A stretch of DNA of 64,000 nt, from IMG/VR virus record IMGVR_UViG_3300045988_122718, positions 32,001 through 96,000 of that record; one strand, 5' to 3'. The notes beneath the pieces are model-generated. The model saw only the letters and a program-made list of their open reading frames with translations, did not search any database and was not told the origin of the DNA. Position 1 is the first letter of the stretch. Every line of letters begins with the position of its first letter. This DNA is from a virus. Shown in pieces: positions 50,866-59,937 of the stretch. Both the position numbers and the translations under genes were made by a program.

Positions 50866-50938
50866 TATATCATCTCCTTGAATATTTTTAATCAAATATG
50901 GAAAATATTAAAATAGTTGCATTGTTATATATAAATTT

Positions 50939-50978
50939 ACGGGGCTACTGGTTTTATTCCAGCAGTCCCGTATTTTTT
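50939..50978. terminator. hairpin with flanking T tract between dut and the xis-like gene
   Basis: ACGGGGCTACTGG, loop TTTTATT, CCAGCAGTCCCGT (one mismatch, one G-U pair). It is followed by ATTTTTT on the plus strand and by TAAATTTAT on the minus strand. Confidence 0.4.
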
Positions 50979-50987
50979 ATTTAATTG

Positions 50988-51434
50988 TTATACACCGGTA
51001 GAACCAAACCCACCATTTCTAGTAGATGTAGCATCGTCATCGTCTGTCATTAAATATTTAATAAACATACCCTGTCCAATGCGATCACCTGTATGGATTG
51101 TATAAATGGTTTTACCAAGATTGAATAGTCTAATTCCGATATTTCCATCGTTATCAGGATTGTTTGCATAGTCACTTTCAATCCACCCTTGGGTATTTGC
51201 AATCATTACCGGCTGTTTGCCCATAGAACTACGAACATTGATAAGCAAAGCCTCGTCATTCTCAAAAATTGCTTTGACATCTGTCCAAATCATCTGAGAA
51301 CACATTGGCTCAATGTCCACACTAATTGGACTATAGAAGTCGTATGCAATACTATTCTTTGTAGCACGAGTGGGGAGTTTAATGTCCCCGCTATTTTTTC
51401 TGTGTTCATCTTTAACTACTTCAAAGTGTCTCAT
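50988..51434 (-). CDS. dut: dUTP diphosphatase (trimeric dUTPase family)
   Basis: Motifs AYDFYSP, VRSSMG, GDRIGQGMF and C-terminal NGGFGSTG. The start at 51434 overlaps the upstream stop (TAATG). Confidence 0.8.
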   Translation of the reverse strand: MRHFEVVKDEHRKNSGDIKLPTRATKNSIAYDFYSPISVDIEPMCSQMIWTDVKAIFENDEALLINVRSSMGKQPVMIANTQGWIESDYANNPDNDGNIGIRLFNLGKTIYTIHTGDRIGQGMFIKYLMTDDDDATSTRNGGFGSTGV

Positions 51435-51790
51435 TAGAACCACCCACCAAGTAGCTTAGATAGAGCAGGAAAATCATCGAAATAATGAGATTCTCCAAGC
51501 TGTATGGAACCATAATCCTTACAATAGTTGTTTATAAGTTCTACTAGTTCCTTATATTTCTTTTCAATTTCAGCCTTGTTAGCAGCCTTCTTTCTTTCTT
51601 TGATTTCCTTCTCTAGCTTTTCCTGAGCCTTCTTTTTCTCTGCAAGACACTTAGTTTCACAAGCTGCACGTTCACCAACTGTCTTATAAGACTTTCCACA
51701 GATACCACAACGATATAGTGTTTTATCAGATAAATTCTTATCACCATAATTTGAAGTAAAAGTCTTGTTAATGCTATCGTTATTATTCAT
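51434..51790 (-). CDS. hypothetical protein with CxxC...CxxxC motif and a Lys/Glu-rich helix
   Basis: It is preceded by the conserved TACAAAATTAATGGAGGA leader. No family recognised. Confidence 0.55.
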   Translation of the reverse strand: MNNNDSINKTFTSNYGDKNLSDKTLYRCGICGKSYKTVGERAACETKCLAEKKKAQEKLEKEIKERKKAANKAEIEKKYKELVELINNYCKDYGSIQLGESHYFDDFPALSKLLGGWF

Positions 51791-51819
51791 AGTATCAATC
51801 CTCCATTAATTTTGTATTA

Positions 51820-54800
51820 TTAACCACAGTGACTATACCCACATGATTTACAAATGTCACATCCCCCTTCGTGCTCAAGTAGCTCCCCACACTCTGGGCA
51901 TCTTCCGTTCTTTTCAGTAACAATCTTAATATCATTAGGAACTCTAGATTCATCATATTCTTCCTCGGAATCTGTGTCATAAGTATCTCCGATTTCATCT
52001 TGCATTTCCTTCCACATGTCTACAAGCGCATTTCCAATAGCCATAGGACAACAAGAACCCTTTGATGTGTCATGCTTTGTGGCTGTTCTTGCTGCGTAGC
52101 TTGGGCATACACCGGTTGAATCTAGCTGGTCTTTAATTGTAGCAATATCAACACCTGCTCTACATAGAAGAGATACTGTACGACTTAAACCAGTCATAAA
52201 ATTAGCACAACCACCAGTGCTACCTTTGTTGAAATATACTTCCTGCAAGTCACCATTGTATGGATCAAAGAAAGCCAATACATGAAGACTTCCACATCCA
52301 GTAGTCAGTTTGCGCTTTTTACCAATAAGGTCATCGGAACAGTTCATGATTGCACCACGTGGAATAGATTCTTCCGTCTGAATTTCTTCTTTGTTTTTAT
52401 CTTCTACAATCAATACACCTTCACGCTTACAGCCAGAACGATAAATTGTAATACCCTTTAGGCCATTCTTCCAAGCTGACATATAGATATTTTTAACATC
52501 ATCAATCGTAGCCTCATTTGGTAGATTTACTGTAGAGCTAATGCTCGCGTCAATCCCCTTTTGCCAAGCAGCCTGCATAGCTACACGTTTGTTATAGTCA
52601 ATTTCGGAAGAATCAACAAACCAATCAGGGAATTTATCGTTGACAGTAAGTCCGTGTTCGTCTGCATACTTTTGATAAATAGGGGTAAGCACATCATAGT
52701 ACTGAGTTGTTTCGTGCAGAGATTCTGTCTTACGCTTGTAGCTCTTTGCGAAAATAGGCTCAATACCACCACTGATTCCAAGCATTGTTGAGATGGTTCC
52801 GGTTGGAGCAATGGTTAGAAGTTGACTATTGCGTAGACCATAATTATCAACCATGTTTCTTGTTATGGTGTCTGCATTTGCTCTAAAGAATGGGGTATCA
52901 ATTGTTGCATTTGTATATTTAGGATATATACCCTTTTCACAAGCTAAGTGAGAAGAAACATAAATTGCGTGGTTAGCCATTGCCATAGAAATATCACGGC
53001 AGTGTTCGATTGCCTCGTCACTATCATAACGTAAATGCATCTTGATGAGCATATCAGCAACGCCGCATACCCCTAGTCCAACTTGACGCCAATCTCTTAC
53101 GCTATCTCTTTGCTCTTGTAGAGGATGAAGAGGAAGACCTTCGTCAAGAACCTCGTTTAAGTATCTAATACCAATATCTACTGTATCATAGAAATCATCA
53201 TACATAAAATTGCCATAATCATCTACAAAGGCAGACAGATTAATGGAACCGAGTAGGCATGACCCACCAGCGGGAAGAGGTTCTTCTGCACAAGGATTGG
53301 TTCCAGCATATTCGAAGTCTGGATTATTACTTAACAGATTATATTCTTCAATATTATCCCAGAATAGAATTCCTGGCTCTGCCCAGTTCCAATTGTTCTC
53401 ACATAGCTTATCAAAAATATCTCTTGCTTTTGCAGTCTTTGTGATTGTTTCACCAGTTTCTGGACGAGTAAAAGACATTACCCAATCGGTATCATCTTCG
53501 ACCGCTTGCATAAAATCATCTGTTACACGAACAGATATATTAGCTTTAGTAACGCTATTTTCTTTGGTCTTGATGTCAATAAAGTCTAGTAGGTCTGGAT
53601 GATGACAATCAAGACTAATCATTAAAGCGCCTCTGCGGCCATTCTGACCGATTTCCTCGGTTGTCTGACTATAGCCCTGCATGAAACTTACGGCGCCACT
53701 AGTCTTTTCTGCTTGATTATGGACCTTTGCACCAGCAGGGGCAAGTTTAGAAATGTCAATTCCGCAGCCTCCACCATACGAATATGTTCTTGCTAGCTTC
53801 TTACGACTTTCAAAAATAGACTCAATGTTGTCTTCTGGAGGTGCAATTACATAGCAATTATGAACAATAACACCATTTACATTATATGTATGCGTGTCTT
53901 CTACAGATAAGTTGTATACTTTGCAGTGGCAATCTTCAGAGATGCTAATTGAACTTAGAGCCGCATACTCAAAATCGCCACGTACATCAAGGCTATTTCT
54001 TCCGTCACTATATTGTTTAGACAATAGTGGATTTAAAAATTTATTAGAAATAGATACCCCAACACGAAATTCATATGTATCGGCTTGACGCTCTACGGAA
54101 TGAATAGGAGATGCGTTAATGCCATTCATCCACATTGTATAATGTAGCCAATCAATTAATTTACGATTTTTTAGCACAATACGAAATGCACCGTGTGTGT
54201 CTAACGTACCATCTGCGTCACATAGTCCGACCATCATTGGAACACAACCAAGATATTCATCAGGAACAAATTTATCGTTGCATTTTTCTCCAAAATGGTT
54301 AATAAACCAAGATGCTACAATTTCACTTTCAAACCTTAAAGCAATAACATTCTGATTGGTTTCACGATAAGATGCATGAATACCAAAAACACTTTCACCA
54401 ATAGATTTACAACGTTCAAACGCATCACGCTCTGTGGTTGCGTTGAATACGATTTGTAGAATAGATGGATTTTTATAACCACGGCGTGCCGTTATACTAC
54501 CATCACCCAACCAACGACCAATAAAATATGCAAAATCATCATCAAATACCCACTCAGCACGTACAGAGTTACCTCTATGCTGATAGGTTGTAGTTCCACG
54601 GTCATTTACAAGCGTATAAATTTGAGCCATTCCGTCTTTTACTTCAACCTTGCTATTGTCTCTAGCCTTAAATCCATCAAGAGCGGATACAATCTTTGGC
54701 GTAAGCTTAATCATATGGCGTTGTGCCATCTTGATTTTATCTTGTGCTTTAATTTGCTCAGAACAAGCAAGTATACGGTCTGCTCGTTTCCAACCGTGGT

Positions 54801-55230
54801 TTGTCAAAAATTTATGATTTGGAGTACATTTGATTGGTTCCATAAAATTTATACTTTTAAGACAATAAATATCTCCAGTATATTCACGACACATAATGTC
54901 ATTTACACGATGAAACTGTTCATCATGAGACAGTACCATGTCTCCAATAGCAATATCTTCAATATTTTTAAATCCGTCAATCGTAAGCACTTTGGAACCA
55001 GCCATAAAACAATTTGAGTAAGTGACTCTAGTGTCCTTTACACCTCGGTTGCTAAGAATACGACCACCAGGAACAAACTTCTTATTGATAATTGCTTTCT
55101 TTGCTCTCTTATTACCGCCACTTACTCTGTCTAGCCATTCATCAAATGACTCTTCGCCCTTACGATATTTTCTCATCCAAATATCAATTCCAAGTTTATT
55201 GTCTTTCCCTAACCACTGTTCTACTGTCAT
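51820..55230 (-). CDS. nrdJ: class II (adenosylcobalamin-dependent) ribonucleotide reductase NrdJ, containing an intein
   Basis: Extein motifs include VPGGRILSN...TYSN/CYVIAPPEDNIESI, YGGGCGIDISKLAPAGA, SGAVSFMQGY, GRRGALMISLDCHHPD, NPCAEEPLP and a C-terminal CPECG...CDICKSCG zinc ribbon. The RBS AAGGAGAG favours the second ATG at 55230. Confidence 0.85.
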   Translation of the reverse strand: MTVEQWLGKDNKLGIDIWMRKYRKGEESFDEWLDRVSGGNKRAKKAIINKKFVPGGRILSNRGVKDTRVTYSNCFMAGSKVLTIDGFKNIEDIAIGDMVLSHDEQFHRVNDIMCREYTGDIYCLKSINFMEPIKCTPNHKFLTNHGWKRADRILACSEQIKAQDKIKMAQRHMIKLTPKIVSALDGFKARDNSKVEVKDGMAQIYTLVNDRGTTTYQHRGNSVRAEWVFDDDFAYFIGRWLGDGSITARRGYKNPSILQIVFNATTERDAFERCKSIGESVFGIHASYRETNQNVIALRFESEIVASWFINHFGEKCNDKFVPDEYLGCVPMMVGLCDADGTLDTHGAFRIVLKNRKLIDWLHYTMWMNGINASPIHSVERQADTYEFRVGVSISNKFLNPLLSKQYSDGRNSLDVRGDFEYAALSSISISEDCHCKVYNLSVEDTHTYNVNGVIVHNCYVIAPPEDNIESIFESRKKLARTYSYGGGCGIDISKLAPAGAKVHNQAEKTSGAVSFMQGYSQTTEEIGQNGRRGALMISLDCHHPDLLDFIDIKTKENSVTKANISVRVTDDFMQAVEDDTDWVMSFTRPETGETITKTAKARDIFDKLCENNWNWAEPGILFWDNIEEYNLLSNNPDFEYAGTNPCAEEPLPAGGSCLLGSINLSAFVDDYGNFMYDDFYDTVDIGIRYLNEVLDEGLPLHPLQEQRDSVRDWRQVGLGVCGVADMLIKMHLRYDSDEAIEHCRDISMAMANHAIYVSSHLACEKGIYPKYTNATIDTPFFRANADTITRNMVDNYGLRNSQLLTIAPTGTISTMLGISGGIEPIFAKSYKRKTESLHETTQYYDVLTPIYQKYADEHGLTVNDKFPDWFVDSSEIDYNKRVAMQAAWQKGIDASISSTVNLPNEATIDDVKNIYMSAWKNGLKGITIYRSGCKREGVLIVEDKNKEEIQTEESIPRGAIMNCSDDLIGKKRKLTTGCGSLHVLAFFDPYNGDLQEVYFNKGSTGGCANFMTGLSRTVSLLCRAGVDIATIKDQLDSTGVCPSYAARTATKHDTSKGSCCPMAIGNALVDMWKEMQDEIGDTYDTDSEEEYDESRVPNDIKIVTEKNGRCPECGELLEHEGGCDICKSCGYSHCG
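53857..55011 (-). mobile_element. 385-aa intein with LAGLIDADG homing endonuclease domain in NrdJ
   Basis: The intein starts with Cys (CFMAGSKVLTIDG, block A). Block B is TPNH. The LAGLIDADG motifs are FAYFIGRWLGDGSI and MMVGLCDADGTL. It ends GVIVHN, followed by the +1 Cys (CYVIAPPED). Removal leaves a 751-753-aa NrdJ, depending on the start used. Confidence 0.85.
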
Positions 55231-55298
55231 AGGCATCTCTCCTTATCTAAATAACTTTTTATATCTACTAAGAACGGACACTTGCCGTACTTTTCGAG

Positions 55299-55454
55299 CT
55301 AACAATCCATGAGCGTATCAAATCCTTCTTGGCTAAGAAGACATTCAACAGACCCATCATCAAAAAATCTTGCAAAATGACAACCACAAGCTGCCGTTGG
55401 TTCTTTTGTAACTAAAATGCTTGTCGGACATTTATGAATTTCAAAATGCTCCAT
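55299..55454 (-). CDS. small Cys-rich hypothetical protein (51 aa, absent from the ORF track)
   Basis: Manual translation gives MEHFEIHKCPTSILVTKEPTAACGCHFARFFDDGSVECLLSQEGFDTLMDC*. The RBS is AATGGAGGAAACTAAA. It fills the gap between thyX and nrdJ. Confidence 0.45.
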   Translation of the reverse strand: MEHFEIHKCPTSILVTKEPTAACGCHFARFFDDGSVECLLSQEGFDTLMDC

Positions 55455-55455
55455 T

Positions 55456-56166
55456 TTAGTTTCCTCCATTATTGTTTAAAATTTCTTTAAGCCGTTTCTT
55501 AGTTGGATATGCACCACAAGATTTTTTGCCCTCTGGACACCATAGCAAATACTGACACTCTGGCACTAGTTTGGATTCAAGGTTTGGCAAAATCTTAACA
55601 ACCTCTTTCTTCATTTCTACTGCTAGCTGACGAATAATATCTTCCGCCCGAGAACATAGTCTTTTGTGCATAAAGTGGATAATACCTTCCACAGTAAAGC
55701 CAATTACAAAAGCAGTATGTGTTGAAATAGGCAGTACATATCTCGCCTGTTCGTTTGCTCTTTCTTGTGTCTTGCCCTTAGATAAAACATAAGACTGAAT
55801 ATATTCATATAGGTTCGTGACATCTTGCATATGCTTATCATACTTTGCTAGTAGTTCAGGATTATCAGTAATTTCTACTGGCACCTCATATGCAAAATGA
55901 TCCTTCCCTACATATCGAAACGACTGAACGTTCTTAAACACCCCAACCTCATGTCGCACTGCTTGGTCAACAGTGAAGCGAGGAATGTCTGTAACTAAAA
56001 ACTTGATAAAGTCACCGCGACTACCACTAAAATGCCCATTTGCCATACAACCCTTACCAATTGGGATTGGATCGTCAGTATGAGTATCGTAACAAATCGC
56101 ACTTGTTTCACCCCAATTAGTGAACAGTTTTGATACTGCATCTGGATTTAAAATTTTTACATTCAA
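55456..56166 (-). CDS. thyX: FAD-dependent thymidylate synthase ThyX
   Basis: FSGSRGDF...FTVDQAVRHEVGVFKNVQSFRY is a variant ThyX RHR..S.R motif. ARYVLPISTHTAF...HFMHKRLCSRAEDIIRQLA is also present. Confidence 0.7.
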   Translation of the reverse strand: MNVKILNPDAVSKLFTNWGETSAICYDTHTDDPIPIGKGCMANGHFSGSRGDFIKFLVTDIPRFTVDQAVRHEVGVFKNVQSFRYVGKDHFAYEVPVEITDNPELLAKYDKHMQDVTNLYEYIQSYVLSKGKTQERANEQARYVLPISTHTAFVIGFTVEGIIHFMHKRLCSRAEDIIRQLAVEMKKEVVKILPNLESKLVPECQYLLWCPEGKKSCGAYPTKKRLKEILNNNGGN

Positions 56167-56738
56167 TTCGACATCAGCTCCTCATCCTGCTTATAAAACT
56201 CCTCTACTGCCGCAACAATTTCATCCCAATTTGTGCAACGCTTAATACTATAAGCTTCATCATGCACATTCTTGTTCCAAGGTTTTTCTAAGACTACCCT
56301 ATTGCATCGAATATTTCCAATAAGATTGTCTAGATTATCATCAATCATTACATCTACGGCTAGAAGGCTCTTGTCTCTGATGCAGATAATATGAGATTCA
56401 TCAATAAACGGGAAATAGCTTTGCAGCCACTCAACCTTCCAAGGAAAGTTCTCCCAATGTGTTGCAGTTGTAATATACACATCATAGCCGTTATCAATCA
56501 GCTTTTTTGTTCCCCATTGAGAATGATATACAGGAGTAAGAGAACGCCAAACGTCCTCTCTTCTCCATAGAGCAGTGTACTTTTCTGCATCTTCAAATGG
56601 TAAGCATTTATAGATATCATACGAAGTAAATGTGTCTTCTGTAATGTCCGTACCATTCTCTTCATTGAATACTTTACATACAGCTTCGTTAAGATTATTC
56701 AGAACATCATCACAATCCAAAGCAATTCTATATCTCAT
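56163..56738 (-). CDS. 5'(3')-deoxyribonucleotidase-like HAD hydrolase
   Basis: The N-terminal IALDCDDVLNNL carries the HAD DxD motif. Size and layout fit the NT5C family. There are ATGA overlaps with both neighbours, and the conserved leader motif lies upstream. Confidence 0.6.
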   Translation of the reverse strand: MRYRIALDCDDVLNNLNEAVCKVFNEENGTDITEDTFTSYDIYKCLPFEDAEKYTALWRREDVWRSLTPVYHSQWGTKKLIDNGYDVYITTATHWENFPWKVEWLQSYFPFIDESHIICIRDKSLLAVDVMIDDNLDNLIGNIRCNRVVLEKPWNKNVHDEAYSIKRCTNWDEIVAAVEEFYKQDEELMSN

Positions 56739-57856
56739 ACATTTCCTCCATTAATTTTGTACTGTACAATATAATCAGACCAATTAGTACCATTATCGTT
56801 GAATAGCAGAGAATAGAAGATGGCCACCAAACAGGATGTTACGATAGAATTACCAGCCTGTTTATAAAGGGCAGAGTCACTTACGTACTTAGATGCACGA
56901 TTGCAGTCTTCATCGGAGAAGCTCATCAGCCTCCAGCATTCTTTTGGTGTTAGTTTTCTAATCCTCCATTTAATATTATCCACTACAAGCGGCTGTCTAT
57001 TGCCACCTTGTGCAGTCATAATAGTAGGAGAAACAGAATCCTGATCCCACACATTTCCAGCATATCCAGTACCAAACTGTTCACCGTAGATATTACCAAT
57101 TCTAACTGGGTTGATATCTTCTGACTCAATAACTCTCTTATCACCACAAGCATCAATAGTACGAAGTGTACCAACGACATCATCCTTGAAGAATCTTAGT
57201 CCTTCATCGCAACGCTGCTCACAAACGACGGGTTCCATTACATAATTATCCTTGGCAACAGTAGTAATAGTATTGGTAGTTCCGTTCATATTGGCTTCAA
57301 GTCTCTGCTCCGTAGGAGAACCCGTAGTTCTGTCTGATGAATTCTCTGGATTTCGACCACGAGAAGCTACAATGAAATATTCATCAACAAGAATCTTATG
57401 TGAAGTATATTCACCAGATGTTGAACCATGAGAATTTGACATAACAGTATGTGCAATACATTCTGCACTATATACTCTGCCACTCTGGTCAAAACTAGAA
57501 TCTAGCTGATCGACTTTGATAATGCTAGGCTCAATAACACCAGTCATAGACTGATTACCAAAGCCCTTATAATCTCTAGCCATAAGAGTATGTGCAACAT
57601 TTGTTAGACCATCGAATGTCGTTTCCTGATTTTTTAGATTAATACCACTAGCTTCGTTTTGTCTTGCAATAAAGTTTGCAAGAATGCTTTCTACTTTATC
57701 ACCAGAGAGGTAGTATTTCTCATCTACGGTCTTCTCTAGAATATCCTTTAGACGAGTTGTTAGAGGAATCTGCTCTGGCCAAGTAAAATCTTTCCATAGC
57801 TTGATATTTGGGTTTTTCTCAATTTCTTTCATTATTTCTTGAACTTTATTATTCAT
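56735..57856 (-). CDS. DNA (cytosine-5) methyltransferase, C-terminal subunit (long TRD plus motifs IX-X)
   Basis: GGTGGGAAT precedes ATG at 57856, overlapping the HNH stop. FTWPEQIPLTTRLKDILEKTVDEKYYLS marks the start of the TRD. RIRKLTPKECWRLMSF is motif IX and YKQAGNSIV is motif X. Confidence 0.75.
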   Translation of the reverse strand: MNNKVQEIMKEIEKNPNIKLWKDFTWPEQIPLTTRLKDILEKTVDEKYYLSGDKVESILANFIARQNEASGINLKNQETTFDGLTNVAHTLMARDYKGFGNQSMTGVIEPSIIKVDQLDSSFDQSGRVYSAECIAHTVMSNSHGSTSGEYTSHKILVDEYFIVASRGRNPENSSDRTTGSPTEQRLEANMNGTTNTITTVAKDNYVMEPVVCEQRCDEGLRFFKDDVVGTLRTIDACGDKRVIESEDINPVRIGNIYGEQFGTGYAGNVWDQDSVSPTIMTAQGGNRQPLVVDNIKWRIRKLTPKECWRLMSFSDEDCNRASKYVSDSALYKQAGNSIVTSCLVAIFYSLLFNDNGTNWSDYIVQYKINGGNV

Positions 57857-58379
57857 ATTCCCACCTATATCCTTTATATAATTTATGCAATCTACATGCT
57901 CTTGCAATTCCACTATTGTCATATCCTAAAATACGTCCTGCTTCACGAGTTGATGCGAATTTTGCTATAAAGTTCATATTTGAATCATATTGCAATATTG
58001 GTTTACTCCAATAATTTTTTGCCATTGTTCCACATTGTTCTTTGTTCTTTTTAGAGGCTCTACCTTTGGCATTATTTTCTTCCCATGTTAACAATTGCAT
58101 ATTATCAAAAGTATAATCCCTATAATCATCAATACGATCTATAGATGGACATAAATTTTTATTATAATTACTGTCTTTATAATTTTGTAATAATGATAAA
58201 ATCTTTTCTTTATAATTTGACAAAATCCAATCATTAAATTGATTTCTTGTAAATGATAATTCAGATGAAAATTTATTCTTTTCATCTCTTTTCATTCTTC
58301 CGTATTGCTTTGTTACCCAGTAATGCAAATCACCTTTATGTGTCTGGTCATACCATTTTTTATACTCATTTTTCGTCAT
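57849..58379 (-). CDS. HNH-family homing endonuclease-like protein with C-terminal NUMOD/IENR-type HTH, inserted between the methyltransferase halves
   Basis: SIDRIDDYRDYTFDNMQLLTWEENNAKG is an HNH-like core with a degenerate first His. ILQYDSNMNFIAKFASTREAGRILGYDNSGIARAC....YKGYRWEY is typical of the DNA-binding tails of phage HEGs. The gene overlaps both methyltransferase ORFs. Confidence 0.65.
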   Translation of the reverse strand: MTKNEYKKWYDQTHKGDLHYWVTKQYGRMKRDEKNKFSSELSFTRNQFNDWILSNYKEKILSLLQNYKDSNYNKNLCPSIDRIDDYRDYTFDNMQLLTWEENNAKGRASKKNKEQCGTMAKNYWSKPILQYDSNMNFIAKFASTREAGRILGYDNSGIARACRLHKLYKGYRWEYE

Positions 58380-59061
58380 TTATATCAATCCTTTTGCTAA
58401 TACAAAAAATACGAAGCCTGTTTTGTGGAACACCGTAATTCTTGCTATTCAATAAGTCAAATGTACTCTCGTACCCAATCTCAGTAAGTTTTTCCAGATA
58501 CTTAATAAAATTATGTTTGTGCTTATCACTCAATACGGCTGCAACATTTTCCCAAATTACATATTTAGGCTTTGATGTTCCAATTAGACGCAGAGATTCC
58601 CACATAAGAGAACTAGTTGTACCACTACCTTCGTCTCCACCAGCACCGAGTCCGGCCTGTGAAAAACTTTGACAAGGGCTACTATGAAAAACGATGTCTA
58701 CGTAAGGAAGACTTTCACAAAGACTTACATCACCAAGATTTTTTGCCAACTTATCCGCTAGATAATATTGCTTGACTTTATTTTCATTAGTTCTCATTGT
58801 GATGGTGTGCTTCGATTTGGCGAAGTCAAAGCCCACATTTTTCTTCTGTAGTTCAGATACCATGGTTTCTTTAGATGGAAATGTATAATTGTTAAATTCC
58901 TTCTCAAAGTCATACCTCATTGCTGCGTAACTTAAAATAGCATCTTTTTCAACATCCATCGTTGCAACAACTTCACAATTGATAGGCAACTGTCTAAGTG
59001 CCCTTTCTTGGGCACCAATACCCGAAAAAATCTCTATCAGCTTAATTTTATTATTGCCCAT
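58366..59061 (-). CDS. DNA (cytosine-5) methyltransferase, N-terminal subunit (motifs I-VIII)
   Basis: IEIFSGIGA is motif I, HSSPCQSFSQAG is motif IV (PCQ), VIWENV is motif VI and VPQNRLRIFCIS is motif VIII. The ORF terminates 9 codons later, inside the HNH gene start. Confidence 0.8.
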   Translation of the reverse strand: MGNNKIKLIEIFSGIGAQERALRQLPINCEVVATMDVEKDAILSYAAMRYDFEKEFNNYTFPSKETMVSELQKKNVGFDFAKSKHTITMRTNENKVKQYYLADKLAKNLGDVSLCESLPYVDIVFHSSPCQSFSQAGLGAGGDEGSGTTSSLMWESLRLIGTSKPKYVIWENVAAVLSDKHKHNFIKYLEKLTEIGYESTFDLLNSKNYGVPQNRLRIFCISKRIDINDEK

Positions 59062-59075
59062 AAACTTACCTCAAA

Positions 59076-59621
59076 TTAATTTTGTACTGTTTCTACTTCA
59101 ACAATATGTTTCAGCACAGAATACGCTTTATCCTCGTTTAGATTACTAATAGCGTAATCAAACCCACCATGTGCTTTCATATGAATAAACTGTTTCATCT
59201 CTGCCCTATTTCTAGCAAAGAAATCTTCCACAGAATCTCCACGATACAAAGCACGGTCTAGACGAACTTCTGTAGGTACATTGATATAAATAGAACATAG
59301 GTCAATATCTTCAAGTCCCAGACTTTCTAGTGTTTCAAGCCCTGCTGGGTCGATGATATAAATATCATTATTATAAATTTGCTCAATTGTCGTCCAATAG
59401 TGGGACCCGTTAATTTCAGTATAAGCAGCCAAATTATCCTTCATTTGCTCATAAAAGGCATCGTCTACAAAAATATGCGTGTCTCCTTCATTTGCACGAC
59501 GAGGGCGAGTTGTATAGCTGATAATCTTTTTTAGACTAGTATCTTCACATAGTCTATTCACCAAAGTATCTTTACCAGCACCAGTTTCAGCCATAATGCA
59601 AAACAACTTATGATTACTCAT
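59076..59621 (-). CDS. guanylate kinase-like / deoxynucleotide monophosphate kinase
   Basis: GAGGAGAAGAC precedes ATG at 59621. The P-loop is AETGAGKDT, and YTTRPRRANEGDTHIFV resembles the guanylate kinase signature. Confidence 0.6.
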   Translation of the reverse strand: MSNHKLFCIMAETGAGKDTLVNRLCEDTSLKKIISYTTRPRRANEGDTHIFVDDAFYEQMKDNLAAYTEINGSHYWTTIEQIYNNDIYIIDPAGLETLESLGLEDIDLCSIYINVPTEVRLDRALYRGDSVEDFFARNRAEMKQFIHMKAHGGFDYAISNLNEDKAYSVLKHIVEVETVQN

Positions 59622-59937
59622 ATGTCTTCTCCTCTTCTTCTCCAAACTTCGGTGTCTCTACCTCATGGTCAATAGCCTTCTGACAGAAGTCAAGAACCTT
59701 CTTTACGGTTCTGCGCATATCGGCCATAGTGCGCTTACCAGGCTTATTCAGTTCCGCATTGATAATGTTAGCAATAGTTACCGCCATAGTACGTGCGCCA
59801 AGCAAAAGTGCCTGTGTACGAATCTTTTCTACAACGTCTGTTACCTTATCCTTGAACTCATCCTTCTTCCCATCGGCAATATCGTTATCTACAATGACAT
59901 CCTCATTTTCATTTACGACATTAATGTTTTCGTCCAT
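59614..59937 (-). CDS. hypothetical acidic protein
   Basis: The conserved leader ACAGTACAAAATTAATGAAGGAGG is followed by ATG at 59937 (MDENINVV). The track start at 59988 lies upstream of this RBS. Confidence 0.55.
   Translation of the reverse strand: MDENINVVNENEDVIVDNDIADGKKDEFKDKVTDVVEKIRTQALLLGARTMAVTIANIINAELNKPGKRTMADMRRTVKKVLDFCQKAIDHEVETPKFGEEEEKTYE

Noticed and set aside
50633-50881. Plus-strand ORF (82 aa) overlapping the xis-like gene.
   Set aside because: It is antisense to a gene that has a clear RBS and an HTH motif. Its product is hydrophobic and low-complexity, and it has no RBS.
51795-55312. ORFs 51795..51998, 52561..52791, 53243..53602, 54577..55017 and 55022..55312 within or overlapping nrdJ.
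   Set aside because: They are alternative-frame or antisense ORFs inside the NrdJ/intein coding sequence, with no independent support.
57849-58379. A group I intron or intein as the way to rejoin the two methyltransferase halves.
   Set aside because: The HNH ORF overlaps both flanking ORFs, so no non-coding RNA is left to fold an intron core. There are no Cys/Ser...HN-Cys intein boundaries and no Hint blocks in frame with the methyltransferase.
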